Source of the DNA: an uncultured Acidobacteriota bacterium
Lineage (GTDB): Bacteria; Acidobacteriota; Terriglobia; UBA7540
Length of the DNA: 64,000 bases
NCBI GenBank assembly: GCA_963730515.1
Contig: CAVSSA010000012.1
Location: forward strand, 111,797 to 175,796
Direction of reading: 5' to 3'
The position numbers and the translations under genes are program-made. How positions within the stretch are numbered: position 1 is the stretch's first letter; each line of letters opens with the position of its first letter. Of the stretch, positions 39,490-48,860 are shown piece by piece. The notes below the pieces were generated by a model. That model was not told the DNA's origin, ran no database searches, and worked only from the letters and a program-made list of their open reading frames with translations.

Positions 39490-39607
39490 TAGTAGTTTGT
39501 CCAGCTCGCGATCGAGTGCCCGGCCTGCATCTTCGAATTTCATGCCCCTCCTCCTACCTGATGGTGGCTATTCTAGCCAAGCTGCGGGCGCGCCACAAAT
39601 GAAAAGA

Positions 39608-39803
39608 GCGTCCGGAGTCCGGCGACAGTTTCCACATTTTTCCATCACGCGGTCAGATATAATAAATGACTGTACTCTTCCAGGAAGGGATGGAATGACG
39701 ATACGTCTAAATCTGCGGCTCGCGCCCGGTCTTCGGCTTTCTGACGCCATACCCCGGACTTCGGACCCCGCACATTTGACCCCGGACCTCAGACCCCGGA
39801 CTT
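39608..39803. repeat. Inverted heptamer arrays (CCCCGGA type) upstream of the rhomboid gene
   Basis: GCGTCCGGAGTCCGGCG (39608-24) against CCCCGGACTTCGGACCCCGCACATTTGACCCCGGACCTCAGACCCCGGACTT (39752-39803). Confidence 0.65.
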
Positions 39804-39807
39804 AATC

Positions 39808-40728
39808 ATGCCCCTACCCCCCAAGTTTTGGTTCCAATGGCAGCGCCTCAAGAAGGCTTTCGCTGAGTCCATGGGGGCGCAGGCCAGCACGCCCGCCAGT
39901 ACAGTGCGGATGTGCCCGCATTGCCGCGCCCTGATCGACCGCGATTTGAAGGTGTGCCCCCTTTGCGGGGAGGCCACCGGCCCGGTGCGCGCCCGCGGGG
40001 CCAGCAGCACGCCCGGCCGCATCATGGGCGTCATCCCCATTCCTACTACCGCCACCTCTGTGGTCGTCGTCGCCAACTTCGCACTCTATGTCATCTCCTG
40101 GTACATGACGCAGAATACCGAGGCGGCGCAGTTGTATGGAACGCCTTCCATGGGCGGCATTGACGGACATGTGCTGATGCGGTTGGGCGCCAAAGCGCCT
40201 TACATCTTCGCCGGCCAATGGTGGCGGCTGGTAACGGCCATGTTCCTGCACGCTGGCCTGCTCCATATTGGAATGAACATGTGGTGCCTGGTGGACCTGG
40301 GACCGGAAGTGGAATCCCTTTTCAGCACCACGAAATTCACGGTGCTCTACCTGGTTACGGGAATCGCGGGATACCTGCTGAGCCTGTGGTGGTCCCCAGG
40401 CGGAGTCTCGGTGGGAGCGTCCGGCGCCATGATGGGACTGATTGGAATCTTAATCGGCGCGAGCTTTCATCACGGACATCTGGGGAAGGAATATCGCAGC
40501 CAACTCTGGAAATGGGTGATCTACATCGCGATCTTTGGTCTATTCTTCGCCGTGGACAACGCCGCGCATTTCGGCGGATTGGCATGCGGCCTCGCGCTCG
40601 GTTACCTGGTGCCGGAGGGCGAACCTGCCACACGTCCCAGCGAAAACTTCTGGAATGCGCTGGCCATGCTTTCCGTGCTGGTCATCGCCGCCTCATTTGT
40701 GCTGATGGCTTTGCAACTGGGTAAATGA
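39808..40728 (+). CDS. Rhomboid-family intramembrane serine protease with an N-terminal zinc-ribbon
   Basis: CPHC...CPLCGE ribbon. WWRLVTAMFLHAGLLHIGMNMW, catalytic GASGAMMGLIG and a downstream AHFGG. Confidence 0.85.
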   Translation: MPLPPKFWFQWQRLKKAFAESMGAQASTPASTVRMCPHCRALIDRDLKVCPLCGEATGPVRARGASSTPGRIMGVIPIPTTATSVVVVANFALYVISWYMTQNTEAAQLYGTPSMGGIDGHVLMRLGAKAPYIFAGQWWRLVTAMFLHAGLLHIGMNMWCLVDLGPEVESLFSTTKFTVLYLVTGIAGYLLSLWWSPGGVSVGASGAMMGLIGILIGASFHHGHLGKEYRSQLWKWVIYIAIFGLFFAVDNAAHFGGLACGLALGYLVPEGEPATRPSENFWNALAMLSVLVIAASFVLMALQLGK

Positions 40729-40790
40729 AGTGGAGAGTGAGGGGGATAAAGGCTTATGTTCGTGCTCATCACTCATCACTTTTCACTTTT
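40725..40790. repeat. Inverted heptamer arrays (GTGATGA type) between the convergent rhomboid and gcvT-like genes
   Basis: ATGAAGTGGAGAGTGAGGGGGA (40725-46) against GCTCATCACTCATCACTTTTCACTTTT (40764-90). The right arm encodes the last residues (KVKSDE) of the gcvT-like ORF. Confidence 0.7.
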
Positions 40791-41848
40791 ATGAACGGCA
40801 ACGCCGCGACCTCCGCGGCACCGCCGGAGGCGAAGGTGAGTTGGGCGCCGGGCTCAGAGAACTCGCGGCGCACGTAGGCGAGGGCGATCGCTTTGCCGAG
40901 TGCGGGGGACACGCAGGAACTGGTGACCTCCGCCACATCCCTGCCTTCTACGACAGCCTTCTCGCCACGCGGAAGCGACTGCTCGGAATTCGAAATCAAA
41001 CCTGTCAGTTTCCAATTTACATGGCCGCGGCTGCGGGCGCGCTCCACAATTTCCTGCCCGATGTAGCAGCCCTTATTGAAGCTGAGCGCGTTATAAAGAC
41101 CCGCCTCGAGAGGGATCACATCTTCGCCCAATTCGGTTCCGTAGCGCGGAATGCCCGCCTCAATGCGCAAACTTTCCAGCGCCTCCCAGCCGCAGGGGAG
41201 CATGTCGTAGGTGGGAGCCTGGCCGCACGCCGCACCCCACACGGCCTCCATCCCCGCGGCATTCAGCCACACTTCATAGCCTTCCTCGCCGGTGCTCGAA
41301 GCGCGCACCACGCGGATGGGAAAGCCCGCGTAATTGGTCGCGAAGTGGTCAAATTCCTGCATCGCTGGCAGATCGATGTGCAGCGTCTTTTCCAGCAATC
41401 CATGCGCGCGCGGCCCCTGAAAGGCCAGCGCGTACAGGTCAAGCGCCTCGATTTCAACCTGGTCGGCAAAAATGAAGCGGCGAAAACTCTGGATGGCCTT
41501 GTCGCGCAGGTCAGCTTCCACGTCCACCACGAAGCAGTCCTCGGCGCAGAACAAGCGCAGGTCCACCACGATGTGCCCCTGAGCGTTGAGGAGGGTGGCA
41601 TAGATGCCCTGGCCGGGCGTGAGCTTCTTGACGTCGTTGCTCACCAGGCGCTGGAGCAGCTTCGCGTGGTCGCGGCCTTTCATCCGGAACTTGCCGCGGA
41701 ATGAGAAATCGAACAGCCCGGTGGCGGTGCGCACGGCGCGATTCTCCACAGCGGGATCGGTGAAACGCGCGGGAACGATGGCGCCATGATATTCGCCCAG
41801 CGTGGCGCCTTGAGTTGCATGATATTCAGCCAGAGGTGATTTAATCAT
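40769..41848 (-). CDS. Aminomethyltransferase-family folate-binding protein (GcvT/YgfZ-like)
   Basis: 359 aa. LFDFSFRGKFRMKGRDHAKLLQRLVSNDV and the GcvT-type fold pattern. Last gene of the suf cluster, so a YgfZ-like Fe-S role is possible but not shown. Confidence 0.7.
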   Translation of the reverse strand: MIKSPLAEYHATQGATLGEYHGAIVPARFTDPAVENRAVRTATGLFDFSFRGKFRMKGRDHAKLLQRLVSNDVKKLTPGQGIYATLLNAQGHIVVDLRLFCAEDCFVVDVEADLRDKAIQSFRRFIFADQVEIEALDLYALAFQGPRAHGLLEKTLHIDLPAMQEFDHFATNYAGFPIRVVRASSTGEEGYEVWLNAAGMEAVWGAACGQAPTYDMLPCGWEALESLRIEAGIPRYGTELGEDVIPLEAGLYNALSFNKGCYIGQEIVERARSRGHVNWKLTGLISNSEQSLPRGEKAVVEGRDVAEVTSSCVSPALGKAIALAYVRREFSEPGAQLTFASGGAAEVAALPFIKVKSDE

Positions 41849-41861
41849 TAGTGATTGGAGG

Positions 41862-41968
41862 AGCTCACAGCCGGCAGCTAACAGCTTACAGTCTATCTAC
41901 AGATGCCAGTTCCCGTTGAAGTCTTGAAGGTGTGTTAGCTGTTAGCTGTCGGCTGTGAGCTGTGAGCC
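41862..41968. repeat. Inverted heptamer arrays (GCTNACA type) between sufT and the gcvT-like gene
   Basis: GCTCACAGCCGGCAGCTAACAGCTTACAG (41862-90) against TGTTAGCTGTTAGCTGTCGGCTGTGAGCTGTGAGCC (41933-68). Confidence 0.8.
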
Positions 41969-41973
41969 TTTTT

Positions 41974-42333
41974 TTAAAAGAACCCCAGTTGCAGCTTGGC
42001 AGCCTCTGACATCATGTTCTTATCCCAGGTCGGCTCCCATACCACATCAATTTTGGCGCTCTTGACCCCGGGAATCACCACGATCTGGTCCTCGACCTCG
42101 CCGGGAAGCGTGCCGGCAGCGGGGCAGCCGGGTGAGGTCAGGGTCATCTTCACATAAACGTCGCCGGTGGGCTCCACCGTCACCTGGTAGATCAGCCCAA
42201 GGTCGTAGATGTTTACGGGGATTTCCGGATCGTATACGGTGCGCAATTTCTCAACAATCTTATCGTTGAGCGCCACGATTTCGGAGACGTTCAACGCGGC
42301 CGGAAAAGTCGCCGCAGGAATTTGTTCGCCCAT
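41974..42333 (-). CDS. sufT: SUF Fe-S assembly protein, DUF59/MIP18 family (SufT-like)
   Basis: VYDPEIPVNIYDLGLIY ... LTSPGCPAAG motif. Start moved to the ATG at 42333 (GGAGGA upstream). The longer track ORF runs through a heptamer array. Confidence 0.8.
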   Translation of the reverse strand: MGEQIPAATFPAALNVSEIVALNDKIVEKLRTVYDPEIPVNIYDLGLIYQVTVEPTGDVYVKMTLTSPGCPAAGTLPGEVEDQIVVIPGVKSAKIDVVWEPTWDKNMMSEAAKLQLGFF

Positions 42334-42354
42334 TTGAGATCCTCCGAAAAGACT

Positions 42355-42436
42355 ATTGCCGATTTTCGATTGTCGATTGCAATAACCGAACACTGTTAAT
42401 CGACCTCGGCAAGCCCCTCCATCAGCAATCGACAAT
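42355..42436. repeat. suf-family CGATTNN repeat pair (sufU-sufT gap)
   Basis: ATTGCCGATTTTCGATTGTCGATTGC (42355-80) and an inverted partial copy CAGCAATCGACAAT (42423-36). Confidence 0.75.
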
Positions 42437-42438
42437 AA

Positions 42439-42894
42439 TTACTCCTCCGTGCTGGCCACCGCCGGGCTCTCTTCGAGCGCGCTCTTCAGCGTATGCCAGG
42501 CAAGCGACGCGCACTTGACGCGCACGGGAAATTCGCAGACTCCGGAAAAAACCGCCAGCTTGCCGAGGGGGGGGCCGCCGGCCGAATCCACAGGCTTGCC
42601 GGTCACCAGGCCATGAAATGCTTCAAAGAGCGCTTCGGCTTCCTTGCGCGTCTTGCCCTTCAGCGTTTCCGTCAGGATGGACGCGGAGGCCGTGGAGATG
42701 GCGCAGCCGGAACCCTGAAAGCTGATGTCGGTTATGCGATCGTCCACGAGGGTTAGATAGATGGTGACCTTGTCGCCGCACAGCGGGTTGTAGCCGTTGG
42801 CGTGGTGGTCAGCATCCGCAATCGTATGGAAATTACGCGGCCGCTTGCTATGGTCGAGAATGACGTCCTGGTAGAGTGAACTCAAATCAGACAT
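42439..42894 (-). CDS. sufU: Fe-S cluster sulfur-transfer protein SufU (IscU/NifU-like)
   Basis: LYQDVILDHSKRPRN, NPLCGD, GSGCAIS and VKCASL are the conserved Cys motifs of SufU. Confidence 0.9.
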   Translation of the reverse strand: MSDLSSLYQDVILDHSKRPRNFHTIADADHHANGYNPLCGDKVTIYLTLVDDRITDISFQGSGCAISTASASILTETLKGKTRKEAEALFEAFHGLVTGKPVDSAGGPPLGKLAVFSGVCEFPVRVKCASLAWHTLKSALEESPAVASTEE

Positions 42895-42906
42895 AAACCC
42901 TCGGGG

Positions 42907-43052
42907 ATTGCCGATTGTCGATTATCGATTGAAAACCCACCCAACGTTCTGGGGTGCTCGCAAAACGGCAACTTTCAATTTCACAATCTGCCCTTCGAAA
43001 ATCGAATTATCGGCAACTCCTTCAATCGTAAATCGACAATCGGCAATCGAAT
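42907..43052. repeat. suf-family CGATTNN repeat pair (sufS-sufU gap)
   Basis: ATTGCCGATTGTCGATTATCGATTGAA (42907-33) and the inverted copy TTCAATCGTAAATCGACAATCGGCAATCGAAT (43021-52). Confidence 0.8.
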
Positions 43053-43053
43053 A

Positions 43054-44331
43054 TTACATGAACATCGCCTTGACGTGCTCCAGGCCCGCCGCCAGGGCAT
43101 TGATCTCCTGCTTGGTGTTGTAAAAGGCCAGGGAGGCGCGCACGGTGGCGGGCACGCCGAAGCGCTCCATCACCGGCTGCGCGCAGTGATGGCCGGTGCG
43201 CACGGCGATGCCTTCCTGGTCGAGCACCGTGCCCACATCATGCGGGTGGATTCCCTCCAGCATGAAGGAAAGGACTCCGGTCTTCTCGCGCGCCGTACCG
43301 ATCAGGCGCACGCCGGGAATCTGCCCAATCGCCTCCGTGGCGTAGGTCAGGAGGGCGTGTTCGTAGGAAGCGATGTTCTCCATCCCGATGCGGGTGAGGT
43401 AGTCGATACCCGCGCCCCAGCCTATCGCCCCCGCAATGTTGGGCGTCCCCGCCTCGAACTTGTTGGGAAGGTGATTATAAATAGTCTTCTCAAAGGTGAC
43501 AGAGAGAATCATGTCGCCGCCGCCCTGGTAGGGAGGCATGGATTCGAGCAGCTTCGCCTTGCCATACAGAGCGCCAATGCCCGTCGGTCCGAAGAGTTTG
43601 TGGGCTGAAATCGCGTAAAAATCGCAGTCGAGGGCGCGTACGTCGATCTTCATGTGGGGCGCGGCCTGGGCGCCATCGACGAGCACCGGGATGCCCCGTG
43701 CATGTGCCATGTCCACAATCTGCCGGACGGGATTGACGGTGCCCAGCGCGTTCGAAACCTGAGCCACGCTCACCAGGCGCGTCCGGTCATTCATGAGTTT
43801 TTCAAATTCATCCATCATCAATTCGCCGCGATCGTTGATGGGCCCCACGCGCAGGCGGCAGCCTTTTTCCTCACAGAGCATCTGCCAGGGGACAATATTG
43901 GAGTGATGCTCCATGGCAGTGATCAGAATTTCGTCGCCGGCGCCGATGTGTTGGCGGCCGTAAGTCTCGGCCACCAGGTTGATGCCTTCCGTCGAGCCGC
44001 GCACGTAGACAATCTCGCGGTGGTCCGCCGCGTTCAGAAACCTTTGCAGCTTCATGCGGGCGTCCTCGTAAGCCTTCGTGGAGCGCTCACTAAGCAGGTA
44101 AACGCCCCGGTGGATGTTGGCGTTATACTGCGTGTAATAGTTCACCAGGGCGTCGATGACCGCCTGCGGCTTCTGGCTGGTGGCCGCGTTATCAAGATAG
44201 ACCAGCGCCTTGCCGTGCATCTTCTGCTTGAGAATGGGAAAGTCCTCGCGGATTTTCCGTACGTCGAAGGTCGCGGGAGGCGCGGGCCGCTCGATTACGG
44301 AAGCCTGACCTAGATTGCGTGTGGTTGCCAT
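43054..44331 (-). CDS. sufS: Cysteine desulfurase SufS (class II)
   Basis: FPIL...VYLDNAATSQKP, SAHKL.GPTGIG (PLP Lys) and RTGHHCAQP (active-site Cys loop). Start moved to the ATG at 44331. Confidence 0.9.
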   Translation of the reverse strand: MATTRNLGQASVIERPAPPATFDVRKIREDFPILKQKMHGKALVYLDNAATSQKPQAVIDALVNYYTQYNANIHRGVYLLSERSTKAYEDARMKLQRFLNAADHREIVYVRGSTEGINLVAETYGRQHIGAGDEILITAMEHHSNIVPWQMLCEEKGCRLRVGPINDRGELMMDEFEKLMNDRTRLVSVAQVSNALGTVNPVRQIVDMAHARGIPVLVDGAQAAPHMKIDVRALDCDFYAISAHKLFGPTGIGALYGKAKLLESMPPYQGGGDMILSVTFEKTIYNHLPNKFEAGTPNIAGAIGWGAGIDYLTRIGMENIASYEHALLTYATEAIGQIPGVRLIGTAREKTGVLSFMLEGIHPHDVGTVLDQEGIAVRTGHHCAQPVMERFGVPATVRASLAFYNTKQEINALAAGLEHVKAMFM

Positions 44332-44344
44332 TACAGCTCCTACT

Positions 44345-44465
44345 ATTGTCGATTTTCGATTGAAAGACCTCGACGCGTTCCCTCGGCAATCATCTTTCCC
44401 TGACCCGTCAATCAATCACGACAAATCTTTTTCTATCGAAAATCGACAATCGAAAATCGGCAATT
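44345..44465. repeat. suf-family CGATTNN repeat pair (sufD-sufS gap)
   Basis: ATTGTCGATTTTCGATTGAAAGACCTCG (44345-72) and the inverted copy ATCGAAAATCGACAATCGAAAATCGGCAATT (44445-65). Confidence 0.8.
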
Positions 44466-44475
44466 CCTTCCACCG

Positions 44476-45801
44476 TCAGTTCTTTGCCAATCGTGCATAC
44501 AGCCGCTCGGCGAGCTTTTCGCGCAGAGGCTGGAACTTGATGCGCTCCATGATGTCGTTGGCGAATGCGAAGGTCAGCAGCTTTTTCGCCTCGTCGGCGG
44601 CAATGCCGCGGGAGCGAAGATAAAAAACCGCCTCGGGGTCAATCTGGCCGACGGTCGCGCCGTGCGTGCATTTCACATCGTCGGCAAAAATTTCCAGTTG
44701 CGGCTTGGTGTTGATGATCGCGTCTTCGGAAAGTAGCAGGTTTTTATTGCTCTGCTTGGAGTCGGTTTTCTGCGCGTCGGGACGGACGATGATTTTGCCG
44801 TTAAAGACTCCCTGCGATTTGCCTTCCAGCACGCCCTTGTAAGTTTCGCGGCTGGAGCAGTGGGCGCGGGCATGGTCGATGACGGTGTGGTTGTCCACGT
44901 GCTGCTGGCCCGTGATCACATAGAGGCCGTGCAAGAGGGACTCCGCGCCTTCGCCGCCCAGCACCGCCTGAACTTCCTCGCGCGTCAACAGGCCGCCCAG
45001 TTGGATGGAGTGGGTCGTCACGCTGGAGGAGCGCGCCTGCTGCACCTGCACGCGCGCGTAATGAAAAGCCGCATCACTTTCCTGCTGCACCTTGGTGTAG
45101 TCCGCCAGCGCGCCTTCGCCGGCCACAATTTCCGTGACCGTGTTGGTGAATGTGGTGTCCTCTTCCAGGCTGACAAATGTTTCAATAATGCTGGCCTGGG
45201 CGGTGTCGCCCACCAGAATCAGATTGCGCGGGTGCGAAACGGTGGGGTGGCCGCCGCCGTGGGAAATCTGCAGGATGTGCAGGGGCTTCTGGAGCACCCC
45301 GCCCCGGGGGACTTCGATGAACGCGCCGTCCTCAAAAAATGCGGTGTTCAAAGCGACAAAGGCATGGGTGCGCGCATCCGCGTAGCGCCCCAAATGCCGC
45401 TCCAGCAGCGCGCCGTGGTTCTTCCATGCCGACGCCAGGCTGCCGGCCTTCAGTCCCTTGGGAACCTCCCGCAGCTTGGAAAGCTCCGGAACGTAGCAGC
45501 CATTGAAGAAGGTCAAGCGGCTGCAGCCCAGATCGGCCAAGGACAGGCGCTCAATCTGGCGCCGAAGTTCATCCGTCAGCTTGACGCGAGCCGGAGCAAA
45601 GGGGGTGGCAGCCAGCGGCGCGACGTTGGTGTAGATCCACTCCTCATCGTGCGTGGTGGGGAAGCCCAGTTCCGCAAAGCTCTCCATGGCCGCGTGGCGC
45701 AGCTTGGGCAGCCAAGCCGGCGCGTGCTCATTCAGGCCGCTTTCCAGCTTGGTGAATGTTGCGAGGTAGTGTTCCTCTTGTTCTTTAACGGTAGTCATCA
45801 A
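44476..45801 (-). CDS. sufD: Fe-S cluster assembly protein SufD
   Basis: 441 aa. C-terminal SufB/D beta-helix with KG.L.G...GVF.GKI.V...AQKTD..Q.NKNLLLS..A.I.TKPQLEI.ADDVKC.HGATVG. Confidence 0.9.
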   Translation of the reverse strand: MMTTVKEQEEHYLATFTKLESGLNEHAPAWLPKLRHAAMESFAELGFPTTHDEEWIYTNVAPLAATPFAPARVKLTDELRRQIERLSLADLGCSRLTFFNGCYVPELSKLREVPKGLKAGSLASAWKNHGALLERHLGRYADARTHAFVALNTAFFEDGAFIEVPRGGVLQKPLHILQISHGGGHPTVSHPRNLILVGDTAQASIIETFVSLEEDTTFTNTVTEIVAGEGALADYTKVQQESDAAFHYARVQVQQARSSSVTTHSIQLGGLLTREEVQAVLGGEGAESLLHGLYVITGQQHVDNHTVIDHARAHCSSRETYKGVLEGKSQGVFNGKIIVRPDAQKTDSKQSNKNLLLSEDAIINTKPQLEIFADDVKCTHGATVGQIDPEAVFYLRSRGIAADEAKKLLTFAFANDIMERIKFQPLREKLAERLYARLAKN

Positions 45802-45935
45802 ATCTCGAAACCCTTTCTATGATCCGTCAACCTGGCCTTGCTTCCCTCCTCGCATGAGGAGGGGTGGCGCGCTGAGCGCCGGGGTGGTTCCCGGGAAGAG
45901 CCGCGGACCTATAAAGCAGGTCCGCGCTACACCTG

Positions 45936-46712
45936 CTACTGACGACTGGCTACTGATAACTGACCACTGACATCCTCCTCCAGCCATCCATAGCCCTTAT
46001 CTTCCAGCTCCAGGGCCAGTTCCTTGCCGCCCGACTTGACGATGCGCCCGTTCGAGAGCACGTGGACAAAGTCCGGAATGATGTAGTCGAGCAGGCGCTG
46101 GTAATGGGTCACCACGATGGTGGCGCGGTGGGGAGCGCGCAGAGCGTTGACGCCCGCCGCCACGACGCGCAGCGCATCGATATCCAGGCCGGAGTCGGTC
46201 TCGTCCAGAATGGAGAGCTTCGGCTCGAGCACCGCCATCTGGAAAATCTCGTTGCGCTTCTTTTCCCCGCCGGAAAATCCTTCATTTACCGAGCGTGACA
46301 TCAGGCTCTCGTCCATTTCCAGCAGCTTCATCTTGCCGCGCACCATGGTGAGGAAATCCATGGCGTCAAGTTCTTCCAGGCCCTGATGCTTGCGGACGGC
46401 GTTCAGCGCGGCGCGCAGGAAATAGGTATTGGAAACCCCCGGAATTTCCACCGGGTACTGGAAGGCAAGGAAAATGCCCTCCCGCGCGCGCTCCTCCGGC
46501 GACATCTCCAGCAGGTCTTTGCCCTCGAAGGTCACCTCCCCGCCCGTAACCGCGTAAAGCTCGCGGCCCGCCAGCACCTGGGCGAGGGTGGATTTGCCGG
46601 AGCCGTTCGGCCCCATGATGGCGTGCACTTCGCCCGCCTTCACTTGCAGGTCAATCCCGCGCAGGATTTCCTTGTCTCCAACTTTGGCTTGCAGGTTCTT
46701 GATGATCAGCAT
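45936..46712 (-). CDS. sufC: Fe-S cluster assembly ATPase SufC
   Basis: GPNGSGKST (Walker A), [11 protein letters not shown] (ABC signature) and [12 protein letters not shown] (Walker B). The last 11 codons are encoded by a heptamer array. Confidence 0.95.
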   Translation of the reverse strand: MLIIKNLQAKVGDKEILRGIDLQVKAGEVHAIMGPNGSGKSTLAQVLAGRELYAVTGGEVTFEGKDLLEMSPEERAREGIFLAFQYPVEIPGVSNTYFLRAALNAVRKHQGLEELDAMDFLTMVRGKMKLLEMDESLMSRSVNEGFSGGEKKRNEIFQMAVLEPKLSILDETDSGLDIDALRVVAAGVNALRAPHRATIVVTHYQRLLDYIIPDFVHVLSNGRIVKSGGKELALELEDKGYGWLEEDVSGQLSVASRQ

Positions 46713-46881
46713 TCATTGCTCCGTTGTGGTCAATCAAAATTCGAAAATCAAACTCGCGCCCGTGGCAAAGAAACCTCTGCATGTCCGCAGCCTCCGCGTT
46801 CCCGGGGCTAAAACCCGGGAAGCGCCAGGCACACGAACCCTCTGGTTAAGGTCGACCCATGCGAGATGGACAAAGCCCGGT

Positions 46882-47355
46882 TCACGATTTCCTTCGCAGC
46901 GCTTCGATGCTCATGGTGCCGGCGCCGCGCAGGAACACGTACAGGAAGAAAAAGCAGTAGAGAATGGTCACCTCGCCGACGTTCCCGATCGGCCATTGAC
47001 CTGACCCAAAGTGCACCTTGAAATAAGCCACGGCCATTTCGCCACAGAGCAGAAAAGCCATGACTCGCGTGAAGATCCCCATGGCAATACACATTCCGCC
47101 GACAAACTCCAGGGATCCCACCGTCAGCATGGTGGAGTCGTGAACCTGGGCGCCCCCGAAAAACCCGAAAAGCTTCTGCGCCCCGTGGGCTGCGAACAAG
47201 AGAGCAAATACAATTCGCACCAGCGCGAATGCGAGGTCATGATCGGAGGAAACCTTGGGTGCCGGCTTATCCACCATTTGTGGCCCCGTGACAGGAAGAG
47301 CATCAAACTTTCCCACATCAGTATCCATCCACGTATTCTTGGTGTCCGGATTCAT
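46882..47355 (-). CDS. DoxX-family membrane protein
   Basis: 157 aa. VRIVFALLFAAHGAQKLFGFFGG and multi-TM organisation typical of DoxX. Located between sufB and sufC. Confidence 0.75.
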   Translation of the reverse strand: MNPDTKNTWMDTDVGKFDALPVTGPQMVDKPAPKVSSDHDLAFALVRIVFALLFAAHGAQKLFGFFGGAQVHDSTMLTVGSLEFVGGMCIAMGIFTRVMAFLLCGEMAVAYFKVHFGSGQWPIGNVGEVTILYCFFFLYVFLRGAGTMSIEALRRKS

Positions 47356-47379
47356 TGTCAGTCCCCTTATTACTTGAAT

Positions 47380-48828
47380 TTACCCCACGCTACCTTCCAA
47401 ACTCACTCCCAGCAGTTTCTGCGCTTCCACGGCAAATTCCATGGGCAATTCGCGGAACACCTGCTTGCAAAAGCCGTTGACGATAATGCCCACGGCGTCT
47501 TCAGTGGATATCCCGCGCTGCCGGCAGTAAAAAATCTGATCTTCGCCGATCTTGGAGGTGGAAGCCTCGTGCTCCACGGTGGCCGTGGAATTCTTCACTT
47601 CAAGGTATGGAAACGTATGCGCGCCGCACTTGTCCCCAATCAGCAGGGAATCGCATTGCGAATAATTGCGGGCGTTTGCGGCGCCTTTCAGGATGCGCAC
47701 CGCGCCGCGATAACTGTTCTGACCGCGGCCCGCGCTGATGCCCTTGGAAACAATCGTGCTCCTGGTGTTCTTCCCGATGTGAATCATCTTGGTGCCGGTG
47801 TCGGCCTGCTGGTAATTGTTGACCACCGCCACGGAATAAAACTCACCCACGGAATTATCACCCTGCAGGATGCAGCTCGGATACTTCCAGGTAATGGCCG
47901 AGCCGGTTTCCACCTGCGTCCAGGAAATCTTGGAATTCACCCCCGCGCACTTGCCGCGCTTGGTTACAAAGTTGTAAATACCGCCCTTCCCGTTCTTGTC
48001 GCCCGGATACCAGTTCTGCACGGTGGAATACTTTACGGTGGCATTGTCGTGAGCCACCAGTTCCACCACCGCGGCGTGCAGCTGATTCTCATCGCGCATG
48101 GGCGCCGTGCAGCCTTCCAGGTAGCTGACGTACGCGCCCTCGTCCGCCACGATCAGGGTGCGCTCAAACTGCCCGGTATCCTTGGCGTTGATGCGGAAGT
48201 AAGTGGAAAGCTCCATCGGGCAGCGCACCCCTTTGGGCACATAGGCAAACGAACCGTCGCTGAACACCGCGGAGTTGAGGGTGGCATAAAAGTTGTCGGT
48301 GTAAGGAACCACCGAACCCAGATACTTGCGAACCAGCTCGGGATGCTCCTGCACCGCTTCCGAAAAGGAGCAGAAAATGATCCCCAGTTCGGCAAGCTTC
48401 GCCTTGAATGTCGTGCCCACGGATACGCTGTCAAACACCGCATCCACTGCCACACCCGCCAGGAGCTCGCGCTCCTTGAGCGGAATGCCCAGCTTTTCGT
48501 AGGTCTTCAGCAGCTCGGGATCAATCTCCTCAAGGCTCTTGGGACCCGAGCCCTTTTTCTTGGGGGCCGAGTAGTAGCGGATGGCCTGGTAATCGATGGG
48601 AGGGAACTTCACGTTTGCCCAATTCGGCTCCCGCATTTTCAGCCAGGCGCGATAAGCCTTCAGCCGCCACTCCAGCAGCCATTCCGGTTCCTCCTTCTTG
48701 GCGGAAATCAGGCGGATGACGTCCTCGTTCAATCCCGGCGCCACCGTTTCCTGTTCAATATCCGTTACGAAGCCGTATTTATATTCTTGTGTCGCCAGAA
48801 TTTCAAGATCGGACTGCGGCGTCGGCAT
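47380..48828 (-). CDS. sufB: Fe-S cluster assembly scaffold SufB
   Basis: [11 protein letters not shown]...[27 protein letters not shown] at the N-terminus, and C-terminal [15 protein letters not shown]...RGIS.EDA. Start at the ATG at 48828 after AGGAGG. Confidence 0.95.
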   Translation of the reverse strand: MPTPQSDLEILATQEYKYGFVTDIEQETVAPGLNEDVIRLISAKKEEPEWLLEWRLKAYRAWLKMREPNWANVKFPPIDYQAIRYYSAPKKKGSGPKSLEEIDPELLKTYEKLGIPLKERELLAGVAVDAVFDSVSVGTTFKAKLAELGIIFCSFSEAVQEHPELVRKYLGSVVPYTDNFYATLNSAVFSDGSFAYVPKGVRCPMELSTYFRINAKDTGQFERTLIVADEGAYVSYLEGCTAPMRDENQLHAAVVELVAHDNATVKYSTVQNWYPGDKNGKGGIYNFVTKRGKCAGVNSKISWTQVETGSAITWKYPSCILQGDNSVGEFYSVAVVNNYQQADTGTKMIHIGKNTRSTIVSKGISAGRGQNSYRGAVRILKGAANARNYSQCDSLLIGDKCGAHTFPYLEVKNSTATVEHEASTSKIGEDQIFYCRQRGISTEDAVGIIVNGFCKQVFRELPMEFAVEAQKLLGVSLEGSVG

Positions 48829-48860
48829 TAGAATTCCTCCTAAAATAATCCCCAAAAAGA

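Larger units (their letters stand above)
38176..39543 (-). pseudogene. 60-codon ORF of unknown function interrupted by an IS630 element
   Basis: The N-terminal part is at 39490-39543 (ATG preceded by AGGAGGAGG) and the C-terminal part at 38176-38306. Removing 38307-39489 plus one TA copy gives the in-frame product MKFEDAGRALDRELDKLLLRKYLNNEIRPQTRKETAEFLRKSADRLTKMAERLEKEEAKP. Its stop lies 5 nt upstream of the rlpA GTG. Confidence 0.65.
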
